DNA from: Deltaproteobacteria bacterium
GTDB lineage: Bacteria > Desulfobacterota > DSM-4660 > Desulfatiglandales > HGW-15
Assembly: GCA_016930835.1 (NCBI GenBank)
Contig: JAFGGA010000136.1
Coordinates: forward strand, 8,960 to 72,959
Reading direction: 5' to 3'
DNA length: 64,000 nt
The stretch's first letter is position 1; each line of letters starts with the position of its first letter. Shown here one piece after another: positions 7,724 through 16,539 of the stretch. The position numbers were made by a program, and so were the translations under genes. Below the pieces are notes generated by a model. It saw nothing but the letters and a program-made list of their open reading frames with translations. It was not told the origin of the DNA and searched no databases.

Positions 7724-8725
7724 ATGGTTTACGCGCAAAAAATAAAAAGGATTAAGGCCGTGGGTCTCTTATCCGGTGGATTGGATAGCACCCTTGCGGC
7801 CAAATTAATGATTGACCAGGGAATAAACGTTTACCTGATCCATTTCACGACACCTTTTGATAGCGAGAGCCCAAAAAAGACCGGTCGTTCATCCGTAAGC
7901 ACAGCCATAAGGCAGTTGGGCAATATTCCACTTATGCGGATAACCATGAAACATGATTTTTTGGAGATGTTGATCCATCCCAAATATGGATATGGGAAAG
8001 GGATGAATCCTTGCATTGACTGCAGAATTATATCTCTAAAAAAGGCGGGGCAATATATGGAACAGATCGGGGCCTCATTTATTTTTATTGGTGAAGTAGT
8101 TGGACAACGCCCCATGTCCCAACACAAAAAAGCGATGAATATTATTGATCAAGATTCGGGTTTACAAGGCTATATACTGCGGCCTCTTTCGGCCGCCCTT
8201 CTTGAACCGACGACCCCGGAGAAAAAAGGGTGGATAGATCGAAATGCCTTGCTTAGTCTTTCAGGCCGATCCAGGAAGGGGCAGATTGCCCTTGCAAGAC
8301 AAAAAGGTATCACAGATTATCCCAGCCCGGCAGGAGGCTGCCTCTTAACGGATAAGAATTTTTCCGAACGTTTTCGCGATTATCTTGCCTTTACCCGGAG
8401 ACCAAGTCTGGATGATATACCCCTACTAAAGGTGGGAAGACATTTCCGATTGGAAAACGGTGATAAGATCATTGTGGCTCGAGATGAACAAGAAGGAGAG
8501 TTTTTAATCAGTCAATATCATGAAAAGAATCATCTCTTTTTCCCTGAGGATTTCTCCGGCCCCGTAGTCATGCTCAAAGGGGATTCCCTTGATAAGGCTG
8601 TTGAGAAGATGATGCAATATACAAATAAGGCACTACCCGTTGGGGCTCGAATCAATTATTGGCATAATGGAATAAAGCGGATTCTCTTTTTAGGTGAGAT
8701 GCCAGGGGCGGGGATAAAGGGTTAG
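7724..8725 (+). CDS. PP-loop ATP pyrophosphatase, ThiI/MnmA-related (no THUMP domain)
   Basis: 333 aa. PP-loop SGGLDS near the N-terminus, PCIDCR cysteine motif, ThiI-like GEVVGQRPMSQ...ILRPL segment. Confidence 0.75.
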   Translation: MVYAQKIKRIKAVGLLSGGLDSTLAAKLMIDQGINVYLIHFTTPFDSESPKKTGRSSVSTAIRQLGNIPLMRITMKHDFLEMLIHPKYGYGKGMNPCIDCRIISLKKAGQYMEQIGASFIFIGEVVGQRPMSQHKKAMNIIDQDSGLQGYILRPLSAALLEPTTPEKKGWIDRNALLSLSGRSRKGQIALARQKGITDYPSPAGGCLLTDKNFSERFRDYLAFTRRPSLDDIPLLKVGRHFRLENGDKIIVARDEQEGEFLISQYHEKNHLFFPEDFSGPVVMLKGDSLDKAVEKMMQYTNKALPVGARINYWHNGIKRILFLGEMPGAGIKG

Positions 8726-8791
8726 GGGAGGATTTATTCTGCTTTGAGTTGGGTTCTAACATGCTATTATGTATAAAATAAAAGAACACAA

Positions 8792-9889
8792 ATGAATATT
8801 ACAAAAAAGCCAAGAGTCGCTGTAGGATTAAGCGGCGGGGTTGATTCTTCAGTAGCCGCCGCGCTCCTTAAGAGACAAGGATACGATGTTATTGGTATCA
8901 CCATGGCGGTGTATGCCGGTTCGGCGAGGCCTATCCATAAAGGGATGAAACATGCGTGCTATGGGCCTGATGAACAAGAAGATTTAGACAGGGCCGAGTC
9001 AATCTGCAAAAGGCTTGATATTCCATTTTACGTTATTGATCTTAAAGGGGAATTTCAAAACTATGTGATCGCCTACTTTAGAAAAGAGTATCTAAAAGGA
9101 AGAACCCCCAACCCTTGCGTGGTTTGTAACCGTGAACTCAAATTCGGCTTTCTTTGGGAAAAGGCCAAAAAGGCCGGGATTGACTTCGACTATTTTGCGA
9201 CCGGTCATTATGCGCGCGTTGTTCAATCCAATAATCGTTATTTATTAAAAAGACCTATAGATTTATTAAAAGATCAGACCTATTTTTTGTATTCGCTTAC
9301 CCAGAAGCAACTTTCTCGGACTTTCTTTCCCATAGGAGAATACCGGAAAAAACAGATACGGGAGATAGCCCTTTTACTGGACCTTGAGTCTGCCGATCAC
9401 CCAGAAAGCCAGGATTTTATTTCGGGGAATGACTACACGCCGCTTTTCCATAGTGGCGAAATAAAAGAAGGTGATATTACTGATGAACGCGGACAGATCA
9501 TAGGAAGACATAAGGGTATTGTTCACTACACCATGGGCCAACGCCGAGGGCTTGGCATTGCGTCTGATCAGCCCCTTTATGTATCAAAGATCGATGCGGA
9601 AAATAATCGGATTATCGTATCTCGCAAGGAAAAGCTCTTTTCAAAATCCCTCATTGCCTCAGACCTTAATCTCATCTCTGTGAATGCTATGGATCGGTCT
9701 TATAACGTACAGGTCAAGATCAGGCTGAATCACAAGGCCGCCCAAGCAATTGTCTCACCTTATAGCGCCAATAAAGCAAAAGTCATATTTGATGAACCAC
9801 AACTGGCCATAACGCCGGGACAGTCCGCTGTATTTTATTTGGATGATATCGTATTGGGTGGGGGAATTATTGAAGAAATTTTGGATTAA
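8792..9889 (+). CDS. mnmA: tRNA 2-thiouridine(34) synthase MnmA
   Basis: 365 aa. VAVGLSGGVDSSVAA PP-loop, NPCVVCNRELKFG, ATGHYAR, C-terminal beta-barrel region. Confidence 0.92.
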   Translation: MNITKKPRVAVGLSGGVDSSVAAALLKRQGYDVIGITMAVYAGSARPIHKGMKHACYGPDEQEDLDRAESICKRLDIPFYVIDLKGEFQNYVIAYFRKEYLKGRTPNPCVVCNRELKFGFLWEKAKKAGIDFDYFATGHYARVVQSNNRYLLKRPIDLLKDQTYFLYSLTQKQLSRTFFPIGEYRKKQIREIALLLDLESADHPESQDFISGNDYTPLFHSGEIKEGDITDERGQIIGRHKGIVHYTMGQRRGLGIASDQPLYVSKIDAENNRIIVSRKEKLFSKSLIASDLNLISVNAMDRSYNVQVKIRLNHKAAQAIVSPYSANKAKVIFDEPQLAITPGQSAVFYLDDIVLGGGIIEEILD

Positions 9890-9938
9890 TTGTTTGTAAC
9901 ATTTCATTAACATTCTCTGAAAAGGAAGGGTACTTGCG

Positions 9939-10253
9939 ATGTTTATCGTCCATGTCTATGTCCATGTGAAGGAAGAGCATATTGAAGCATTTAAACAAGC
10001 CACTATTGAAAACGCAAGGAATAGTATTTGTGAGCCCGGAATTGCCAGGTTTTATGTGGCGCAACAACGGGATGATCCAACTCATTTCATACTTATGGAA
10101 GTTTATCGTACATCAAATGATCCGGCTAAACACAAGGAAACAAGGCATTATCGGGTTTGGCGAGACAGGGTAGAGCCTATGATGGCGGCGCCTCGTTCCA
10201 GTATCAAGCTTTCAAATATCTTTCCGGATGAGAAAGGGTGGGACACTCCATGA
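9939..10253 (+). CDS. Antibiotic-biosynthesis-monooxygenase (ABM) domain protein
   Basis: 104 aa. Ferredoxin-like ABM pattern ([15 protein letters not shown]...[22 protein letters not shown]). Confidence 0.8.
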   Translation: MFIVHVYVHVKEEHIEAFKQATIENARNSICEPGIARFYVAQQRDDPTHFILMEVYRTSNDPAKHKETRHYRVWRDRVEPMMAAPRSSIKLSNIFPDEKGWDTP

Positions 10254-11404
10254 ATTTTGAATTCGCGACAGCCGGCCGGATCATCTTCGGTAATGGCACG
10301 ATCAAAAAAATTCCATCACTGATTCCCGAGATGGGACGACGTGCCCTGCTGGTCACAGGGCAACATAAGGATCGTGCTGAATCACTCATTCAAACGATTC
10401 AAGGTGCCGGTGTAGTGATGAAAATTTTGAGCATTCCCGGAGAACCCACCATCCATATGATCATGGATGGTGTCACCTATGCGCGACGCAATAAGATGGA
10501 CATCGTGATCGGGATAGGCGGCGGTAGCGTAATCGACAGTGCAAAAGCCATTGCCGCGCTTTTGACCAATACAGATGATATTATGGAATATCTAGAAGTG
10601 ATCGGGAAAGGTAAGCCTTTGGTCCAACAGCCTGCCCCCTGTATTGCCATACCCACTACAGCCGGGACCGGTGCGGAAGTGACAAAAAATGCAGTCCTGA
10701 GTTCTTCCGAGCATAAGGTGAAGGTCAGCCTGCGGAGTCCTTCCATGATCCCTGATTTGGCCCTTATAGACCCGGAGTTAACCTATTCCATGACACCTTC
10801 ACTCACTGCAGCCACCGGGCTGGATGCCATGACCCAACTCCTCGAATCTTTCGTGTCCACGAAATCAAATCCACTCACCGATGCGTTATGTCTGGAAGGC
10901 CTTAAGAGGGCTGCCCGGTCTCTAGGCAAGGCATACAAAGACGGCACCGATTCCTTCGCAAGAGAAGATATGGCCATTGCCAGCCTTTTTAGTGGGTTGG
11001 CGCTTGCCAACTCAGGTCTGGGTGCGGTTCATGGCATGGCCGCTCCGATGGGAGGAATGTTCCAGACCCCTCATGGTGTCATCTGTGCTCGATTACTCCC
11101 TTTTGTCATGGAAGCCAATATCAAGGCGCTAAAACGGGAAGGGGCTTGGGAATATCTGTCTCGATATGATCAAGTCGCAAAGGTTTTGCTTGGAAAGGCC
11201 AATGCAAAGGCAAAAGACGGTACTGCTTGGGTTGAATCATTATGTGCTTTATTTGACCTGCCAAAGCTTTCCGATTTTGATATTGCTGAAGATTCTTTCA
11301 AAGAGATTGTGTCAAGATCCAAGATGGCCGGCAGCATGAAAGGCAATCCAATTCGTTTACATGATGAAGATTTTATGCAAATCCTTCAAAAAGCCATTTT
11401 GTAA
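10238..11404 (+). CDS. Iron-containing alcohol dehydrogenase
   Basis: 388 aa. [15 protein letters not shown] and downstream His-rich metal site ([12 protein letters not shown]...PHG). The ATG at 10250 is an alternative start. Confidence 0.9.
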   Translation: MGHSMNFEFATAGRIIFGNGTIKKIPSLIPEMGRRALLVTGQHKDRAESLIQTIQGAGVVMKILSIPGEPTIHMIMDGVTYARRNKMDIVIGIGGGSVIDSAKAIAALLTNTDDIMEYLEVIGKGKPLVQQPAPCIAIPTTAGTGAEVTKNAVLSSSEHKVKVSLRSPSMIPDLALIDPELTYSMTPSLTAATGLDAMTQLLESFVSTKSNPLTDALCLEGLKRAARSLGKAYKDGTDSFAREDMAIASLFSGLALANSGLGAVHGMAAPMGGMFQTPHGVICARLLPFVMEANIKALKREGAWEYLSRYDQVAKVLLGKANAKAKDGTAWVESLCALFDLPKLSDFDIAEDSFKEIVSRSKMAGSMKGNPIRLHDEDFMQILQKAIL

Positions 11405-11471
11405 AAATGTTTTTTGATTTGGATCGAGGCAGGCTCGCTAACTGCTTATCACTCTACTCATTTCAATATGA

Positions 11472-11837
11472 TTAATGCGTGGTTATTTCATTTTTTCCAT
11501 TTGTCACGGATAAACCTACAATATAATGACCTTTGAATTTACCACCGTCCGCTTTCGTGATGCGAGAAATCTCCGTATCCATTTGCATTACGGGACATGA
11601 CATGTCATCAGAATAATATTTACTGATAAAACGATTCCCGGTCCGGATCTTGTTTATCAGGGCAGAATCCTCTTTGATAATGATATTCATAGCCTCTGAA
11701 TCAATGTTCCATAGTTTGAATTGATAGGCAAACTCAAGACCATCGATAGAGAATTCGATGCTATGAAATTGAGGAGTTTGAGCCCGGGCATCAGGCATAC
11801 TCTCAAATGATTTGGATGATATGGCTAAATTTTCCAT
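11472..11837 (-). CDS. Hypothetical protein
   Basis: 121-aa ORF with no overlapping better ORF and an AT-rich upstream region. No family recognised. Confidence 0.5.
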   Translation of the reverse strand: MENLAISSKSFESMPDARAQTPQFHSIEFSIDGLEFAYQFKLWNIDSEAMNIIIKEDSALINKIRTGNRFISKYYSDDMSCPVMQMDTEISRITKADGGKFKGHYIVGLSVTNGKNEITTH

Positions 11838-12167
11838 TTTTTTGTCCTCATTTTAGACTGCCGTTTGATTATTTTTCTTGTTTTCTACGTATAATCAACG
11901 TGTTATGAATAATTTTTTTGCAATAGCCGTGCCAATGGTTTCCGGGAGTAACAGTACTGGGTTCCATAATAAAATATTTGTAATATCAAAGGGTTGTAAC
12001 CATTTATTGGATCAATGAAAACCAATCAACCCATAAAAAAGGATCTTTCCTGTAATATTAAAGATAAACCATTTTATGTGCAGTACACATTTTTATACCT
12101 TGTATTTTTTGAATGGATTTCGATAGACAAACCATCCAAAACCCCTAAGATACCAATCGGTACATGA

Positions 12168-12362
12168 ATGAAAAATATAAAAGAAAAATTTACTATTCAA
12201 ATCACTGATAAAGGTGTTCAGATCATTGCAGAGGATCAAAAAGCGCTTCATCTAACATTCTTGGAGTCTCTCATGTTGCTTGACATACTTCGAAATGAGG
12301 AAAGGACATTAAGAAAAATGGCAGAAAGCGCCTCACCCATTCCTATTAAGATACATATATAA
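12168..12362 (+). CDS. Hypothetical small protein
   Basis: 64-aa ORF only; no motif recognised. Confidence 0.3.
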   Translation: MKNIKEKFTIQITDKGVQIIAEDQKALHLTFLESLMLLDILRNEERTLRKMAESASPIPIKIHI

Positions 12363-12408
12363 TGAAAGCGCCTCAAAAGTTTTCCGGGAAACAAAATCCC
12401 CTAATGAT

Positions 12409-12513
12409 ATGAATCGAGACGAATGGGAATCTTTATGCGATAGGTGCGGAATTTGTTGCTTGCAGAAGATAGAAGATGCGGGTACAGGCAAAATTCGATC
12501 AACAATCGTATAG
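12409..12513 (+). pseudogene. N-terminal remnant of a YcgN/UPF0260-type cysteine-cluster protein
   Basis: Translates MNRDEWESLCDRCGICCLQKIEDAGTGKIRSTIV then stop. This matches the WESLCDGCG.CCL.K.ED..TGEI start of the YcgN family, which is normally about 150 aa. Confidence 0.5.
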
Positions 12514-12570
12514 GATTAAAGTTTTGCTCATCATATACCGATGACATAGTTGAAAAATAAAATTTTATTA

Positions 12571-12652
12571 TGCAAAAGGGCAAACCATCCGAAAGGTTGG
12601 GACGCAAAGCCTCCGGTCTAAGTCCTAAATAGGATAGGGTAGCGGGGTTGCA
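12571..12652 (+). promoter_or_regulatory. c-di-GMP-I (GEMM-I) riboswitch aptamer
   Basis: GGGCAAACCAUCCGAAAGGUUGGGACGCAAAGCCUCCGG...GUAGCGGGGUUGCA is near-identical in the conserved positions to the V. cholerae Vc2 aptamer (GGGCAAACC..GAAAG..GGGACGCAAAGCCUCCGG..UAGCGGGGUU). P1 is UGCAA/UUGCA. Confidence 0.85.
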
Positions 12653-12677
12653 ATGCTTAAGCGTATGCTGCATTTAG

Positions 12678-12712
12678 ACCCGCTTTCCTTTTAGGAAGCG
12701 GGTTTTCCTTTT
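12678..12712 (+). terminator. Intrinsic terminator (riboswitch expression platform)
   Basis: ACCCGCTTTCC / GGAAGCGGGT stem with TTTTA loop, followed by TTTCCTTTT. Lies 26 nt after the aptamer and 19 nt before the next start codon. Confidence 0.75.
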
Positions 12713-12730
12713 GTGGAAAGGAAGGCAAAC

Positions 12731-13021
12731 ATGAATATTGATTTTCTAGGAGGAATGCCACTACCACAGGCGATCGACATCAAGACCGAAAAGAATTCCG
12801 AACGTGAAGTCACACGATCTATAGAAGAATCCGGCAAAGGAAATGATCTAGGATTGAATGTTGAAAAGAAGACTGTTGTGGGAAAATCGGGTGTAAAAAA
12901 TAGAGCAAAAAAAGATAAGATAAATCATGATATTTACGACGTAAGGGGTGATTTATCACCAAAAAAGATCTTAGACGATGATACAGACGATCATCAAAAA
13001 CCGGTTCATGTTATCGTATAG
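12731..13021 (+). CDS. Hypothetical charged small protein (riboswitch-controlled)
   Basis: The ORF track starts at 12713 (GTG); the ATG at 12731 (MNIDFLGG...) has AGGAAGG upstream. No family recognised. Confidence 0.55.
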   Translation: MNIDFLGGMPLPQAIDIKTEKNSEREVTRSIEESGKGNDLGLNVEKKTVVGKSGVKNRAKKDKINHDIYDVRGDLSPKKILDDDTDDHQKPVHVIV

Positions 13022-13065
13022 GTTTGTTTTAATATAACCAATGGATTTGAGGAGGAATCAATAGC

Positions 13066-13599
13066 ATGGAGATAGGAAATAGTCTACAACAGAGCATTGC
13101 TGAAAGGTTTCTTTCAGGGGGTAATATGGGAGGCGAACAGACCGCTCGGGATGATCTACCCTTTATGAACTTACCAAAGGATGAGGCTGCAGTTATTGTT
13201 GATCTCTCATCAGACAATAAAGACCGCAGGGTTGAGTTAAAGGAAAAAGCCACTGAAATGCTGGCGGGACAGCAAAAAATGGGTGAATTTAAGGACAAAA
13301 AAGGCTTGGAAGAGACAACCGATCTTCAGATCGGACCTGATATCCGGTATGCTTTAAAAACCGATAATGTAAATTTTTTAAAGAGGATAAGCTGGGGACC
13401 TCTCACCGTTGCAGAGTATCGAGAGGTCAAACACAGAATCAGTGAAATCCAACGAACCCGCGCGATTAATCATAATATTTTGGAAGGAAAGATTATTGAT
13501 TTGGATGATAAGAGGGCAGAAAGGACGAGGCATCCGGTCAGTGCCGACAACAAGGGCATCACCAGATCTCCTCAAACGAGTCTGAGTATAGACGTTTAG
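13066..13599 (+). CDS. Hypothetical protein (second gene of the riboswitch unit)
   Basis: 177-aa ORF with a strong GAGGAGG SD about 10 nt upstream. No family recognised. Confidence 0.65.
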   Translation: MEIGNSLQQSIAERFLSGGNMGGEQTARDDLPFMNLPKDEAAVIVDLSSDNKDRRVELKEKATEMLAGQQKMGEFKDKKGLEETTDLQIGPDIRYALKTDNVNFLKRISWGPLTVAEYREVKHRISEIQRTRAINHNILEGKIIDLDDKRAERTRHPVSADNKGITRSPQTSLSIDV

Positions 13600-13659
13600 T
13601 TTTGGATTCCCCCCTTTTCATCGGGGTTAACCGGTAGTTGTGATCGTCATCTTTTGATT

Positions 13660-14877
13660 CTATGATGTGGCTGAATTCGGCGTGGCCAGCCTGATTAGCG
13701 TAATCTCCGAGGGGACCCCCAATCGTATGGGCGGTCCCCAGTATCCCGCGCCATGACTCACGTATATCCAGGTCTTTCCATGTTTATGAAGATTTGAGGT
13801 ATAAGGGTGAGCCTTTTTTACAATGTAGATCCAGGGGAAAAATTGTCCCCCATGTGTGTGCCCTGAGATTTGAAGATCAAACCCTGCTTTGGCCGCATCC
13901 AATATACTTCGCGGTTGATGCGCCAGAAGAATCTTAACAGGGTGCTGTTTTGCCCCCAGAAGGGCTTTTTCCGCATCAGGTGAGGGATGCCCCGCAAAAC
14001 GGCTTGCATGTAAATCCGGGATCCCTGCCATCACAAGTGTTCCATTTCCCTTCATTATTACTTTATTCTCGTTCATGAGAACGGTAAATCCCATTCGTTT
14101 CATCTCCGCAACCCAGGCTTCCGCGTCAGAGTAGTACTCATGATTTCCGGTTACAAAAAAGATCCCATGAGGGGCCGATAGATCACCGAGCGGCGCTACA
14201 TCGTCTTTCAATCGTTTTACAGAGCCGTCCGCAATATCCCCTGTCAAGGCAATCACATCTGGTTTTAATCCATGGACTCGCTCTACGACTTTCTTTACAA
14301 ATCCCTGTTTTATGGTAGGTCCAACATGGATATCGGTGATCTGTGCAATCGTAAATCCATCCAGATCCTTATGCAGTCCCTGGATGGGAATGGAGATCTC
14401 TTTTACGGATGGACGTCGATTGGCCTCAAACAAACCATAAATGGTCAATAACACGGCCAGACCCATAATGCCCGAGTTGATTATATGCACCATGAATTGA
14501 CGCTTAACGGGATCTACGGTGCCGCCCAACATAGGATTCGAGAGATGAGAAAATGAGAAAAGTGATAATATTTTTTTGCCCAAAAAGATAACCAGCCATA
14601 TGGAATCACGTGCGATGAGAAGAGTAAAAAGTATGGAGAAAAAACCGAGACTCAGGTAGGCGATCCAAGAAAGCAGATCCGTCCAATTATTTTCAATCCC
14701 CCGGAATCGAAAGAAAAACGGGACAAACGGCATGAATATGAAAAAGGGGATGGTTGCCCATGCAATCCTTTTCCATACAGGATTCATCATAGCCGGAGAG
14801 ATTAGACGCCAACCAATATAAGAGTAGATAATGGATAAGACACCAACCGTGATGGTTAAAAAATGAATGTACCGCAT
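13660..14877 (-). CDS. Membrane-anchored metallophosphoesterase (YkuE-like)
   Basis: 405 aa. About 4 N-terminal TM helices, then calcineurin-like motifs ITDIHVG, GDIADG, VTGNHEYY, SGHTHGGQ. Confidence 0.9.
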   Translation of the reverse strand: MRYIHFLTITVGVLSIIYSYIGWRLISPAMMNPVWKRIAWATIPFFIFMPFVPFFFRFRGIENNWTDLLSWIAYLSLGFFSILFTLLIARDSIWLVIFLGKKILSLFSFSHLSNPMLGGTVDPVKRQFMVHIINSGIMGLAVLLTIYGLFEANRRPSVKEISIPIQGLHKDLDGFTIAQITDIHVGPTIKQGFVKKVVERVHGLKPDVIALTGDIADGSVKRLKDDVAPLGDLSAPHGIFFVTGNHEYYSDAEAWVAEMKRMGFTVLMNENKVIMKGNGTLVMAGIPDLHASRFAGHPSPDAEKALLGAKQHPVKILLAHQPRSILDAAKAGFDLQISGHTHGGQFFPWIYIVKKAHPYTSNLHKHGKTWIYVSHGAGYWGPPIRLGVPSEITLIRLATPNSATS

Positions 14878-15029
14878 TCATTATCCTCATGATGAGAGAT
14901 AAAACAGATTTAAAAAACCTTGCGAGGAAATCATAATATGGAGATATTGGACGATAACCTAATACGTTTTTTTGAAAATACAATGAATAAAACAACTCCG
15001 ATTTTTTGGATATAAACGTTTTCCGAGAA

Positions 15030-15130
15030 GTTAGCATGATCCATGGCGTCCAAAAAAGATTGAATTCGGTTTTTGGGCGGCGAACTTGAGAAGAGATCCC
15101 CGTACCCCAGGAAACCTTTTTTCGACAAAA
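15030..15130 (-). repeat. Dispersed repeat family, copy 1 (reverse orientation)
   Basis: The reverse complement reads TTGTCGAAAAAAGGTTTCCTGGGGTACGGGGATCTCTTCTCAAGTTCGCCGCCCAAAAACCGAAT..TTGGACGCC, alignable to the copies at 28951, 37617, 42053 and 44870. Confidence 0.85.
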
Positions 15131-15224
15131 ATGATTCTCATCCTCGAACGATTTGATCGACCCAAAATGCCCTATCTTATTAAAATCATGATTGCTTAAT
15201 ATCAAAATCTATGTTAGGCCGTAT

Positions 15225-15253
15225 TTGACACAAGGCATTTATTTTCAGATAAT
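15225..15253 (+). promoter_or_regulatory. Sigma-70-type promoter candidate for moeA
   Basis: TTGACA (15225-15230), 17-nt spacer, GATAAT (15248-15253), about 50 nt upstream of the moeA start. Confidence 0.45.
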
Positions 15254-15303
15254 CATTCAAAAACCATAAAGCTCTCTTGCTTACAATAAAAAGGTAGAAA
15301 GCA

Positions 15304-16539
15304 GTGTTCTTTAAAGTCAAAACTTCCGAGGAGGTCTTTCAAATCCTCAAAGATTTTCATCCGACCGAGGATGAAGTCCTTTCAATCGATAAGGCCCTAT
15401 ATCGAATCCTAAACAAGGACATAATAGCCCCGGAAGACCTTCCCGGGTTTCCCCGATCATCCATGGACGGATATGCTGTTCAGGCTAGAGATACTTTCGG
15501 AGCCACCGAGAGTCTACCGGTCTTACTTGAAGTTGTGGGTGAAGTTCTTATGGGGCAACCCTCGAATGTCTCAGTCAGACCGGGACAGGCCGTTCGCATC
15601 TCCACCGGCGGTATGTTGCCTCAAGGAGCTGATGGGGTTGTCATGCTGGAATATTGTCATTCCCTAGATGAAAGGAATATTGAGGTCGGCCGTGCTGTAT
15701 CGCCGTTGGAAAATGTGCTGAGATTCGATGATGATTACAAGGCCGGAACAGTGGTATTGCGAAGTCACCACTCCATAAGATCTCAGGATGTTGGGATTCT
15801 AGCGGGTCTTGGGATAACTGAAATTTCTGTATTTAAACAACCTCGAGTCGCCATCATATCAACAGGAGATGAGGTTGTCCCTATTGATCAAAGGCCATTG
15901 CCAGGTCAAATCAGGGATATCAATTCTTACACTTTGAATGCCTTTTGCCTGCAGCAAAGGGCCGAGCCCATTATGCTCGGACTGTGCAGGGATGATTTTA
16001 AAAAACTCAGGCAACTGGTCGAAAATGGTTTACACATAGCGGACACGGTTTGGATATCAGGCGGGAGTTCCGTGGGTACAAGAGACATGACCTTGAAGGT
16101 ATTTGAATCCTTTGATAAAATGGAACTGCTTGTCCATGGCATATCCATCAGTCCCGGCAAGCCTACCATAATCGCAAGGATCGGTCAAAAGGCCGTATTC
16201 GGTTTGCCAGGACATGTGGCATCCGCCATGGTGGTGGCCGAGGTCTTTTTATCCCCTTTCCTGGCCCGATTATCAGGTAAAAAAGATATGACCAAGGAGG
16301 CGTTATTTGAGGTCGACGCTGAACTGAGCCGGAATCTCGAATCGGCAAGCGGCCGGGATGATTATGTCCGTGTTCGATTGATTGAAAAGCAGGAGCGACT
16401 TATTGCAGAACCTATTTTCGGTAAATCCGGACTGATATCCACGCTCGTGGAGGCCCATGGATTGATAAAAATCGATCGCAACACAGAAGGTCTGTACCAG
16501 GGACAACATGTGAAAGTAATGGTATTTGACAGGGTATAA
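15304..16539 (+). CDS. moeA: Molybdopterin molybdenumtransferase MoeA
   Basis: 411 aa. MoeA N, MoCF-binding and C-terminal domain layout (PGFPRSSMDGYAV, ISTGGMLP, STGDEV, ISGGSSVG, PGKP). GTG start. Confidence 0.9.
   Translation: MFFKVKTSEEVFQILKDFHPTEDEVLSIDKALYRILNKDIIAPEDLPGFPRSSMDGYAVQARDTFGATESLPVLLEVVGEVLMGQPSNVSVRPGQAVRISTGGMLPQGADGVVMLEYCHSLDERNIEVGRAVSPLENVLRFDDDYKAGTVVLRSHHSIRSQDVGILAGLGITEISVFKQPRVAIISTGDEVVPIDQRPLPGQIRDINSYTLNAFCLQQRAEPIMLGLCRDDFKKLRQLVENGLHIADTVWISGGSSVGTRDMTLKVFESFDKMELLVHGISISPGKPTIIARIGQKAVFGLPGHVASAMVVAEVFLSPFLARLSGKKDMTKEALFEVDAELSRNLESASGRDDYVRVRLIEKQERLIAEPIFGKSGLISTLVEAHGLIKIDRNTEGLYQGQHVKVMVFDRV

Noticed and set aside
12520-12570. Attempt to place a sigma-70 promoter for the riboswitch transcript.
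   Set aside because: Candidate -10 boxes (TATTAT 12566-12571, TAAAAT 12558-12563) lack a -35 at proper spacing or would start transcription inside P1, so this cannot be supported from sequence alone.
12401-12673. 90-aa minus-strand ORF.
   Set aside because: It runs antisense across the c-di-GMP riboswitch and the YcgN-like remnant, and no motif is recognisable.
14693-15205. 170-aa minus-strand ORF, plus 14931..15128-, 28904..29128+ and 42041..42235+ (ORFs running through the dispersed repeat).
   Set aside because: They overlap real genes in other frames or have non-ATG starts, and their similarity to each other is confined to the repeat itself. They are treated as a repeat family, not as genes, although the codon-like variation is reported as a finding.
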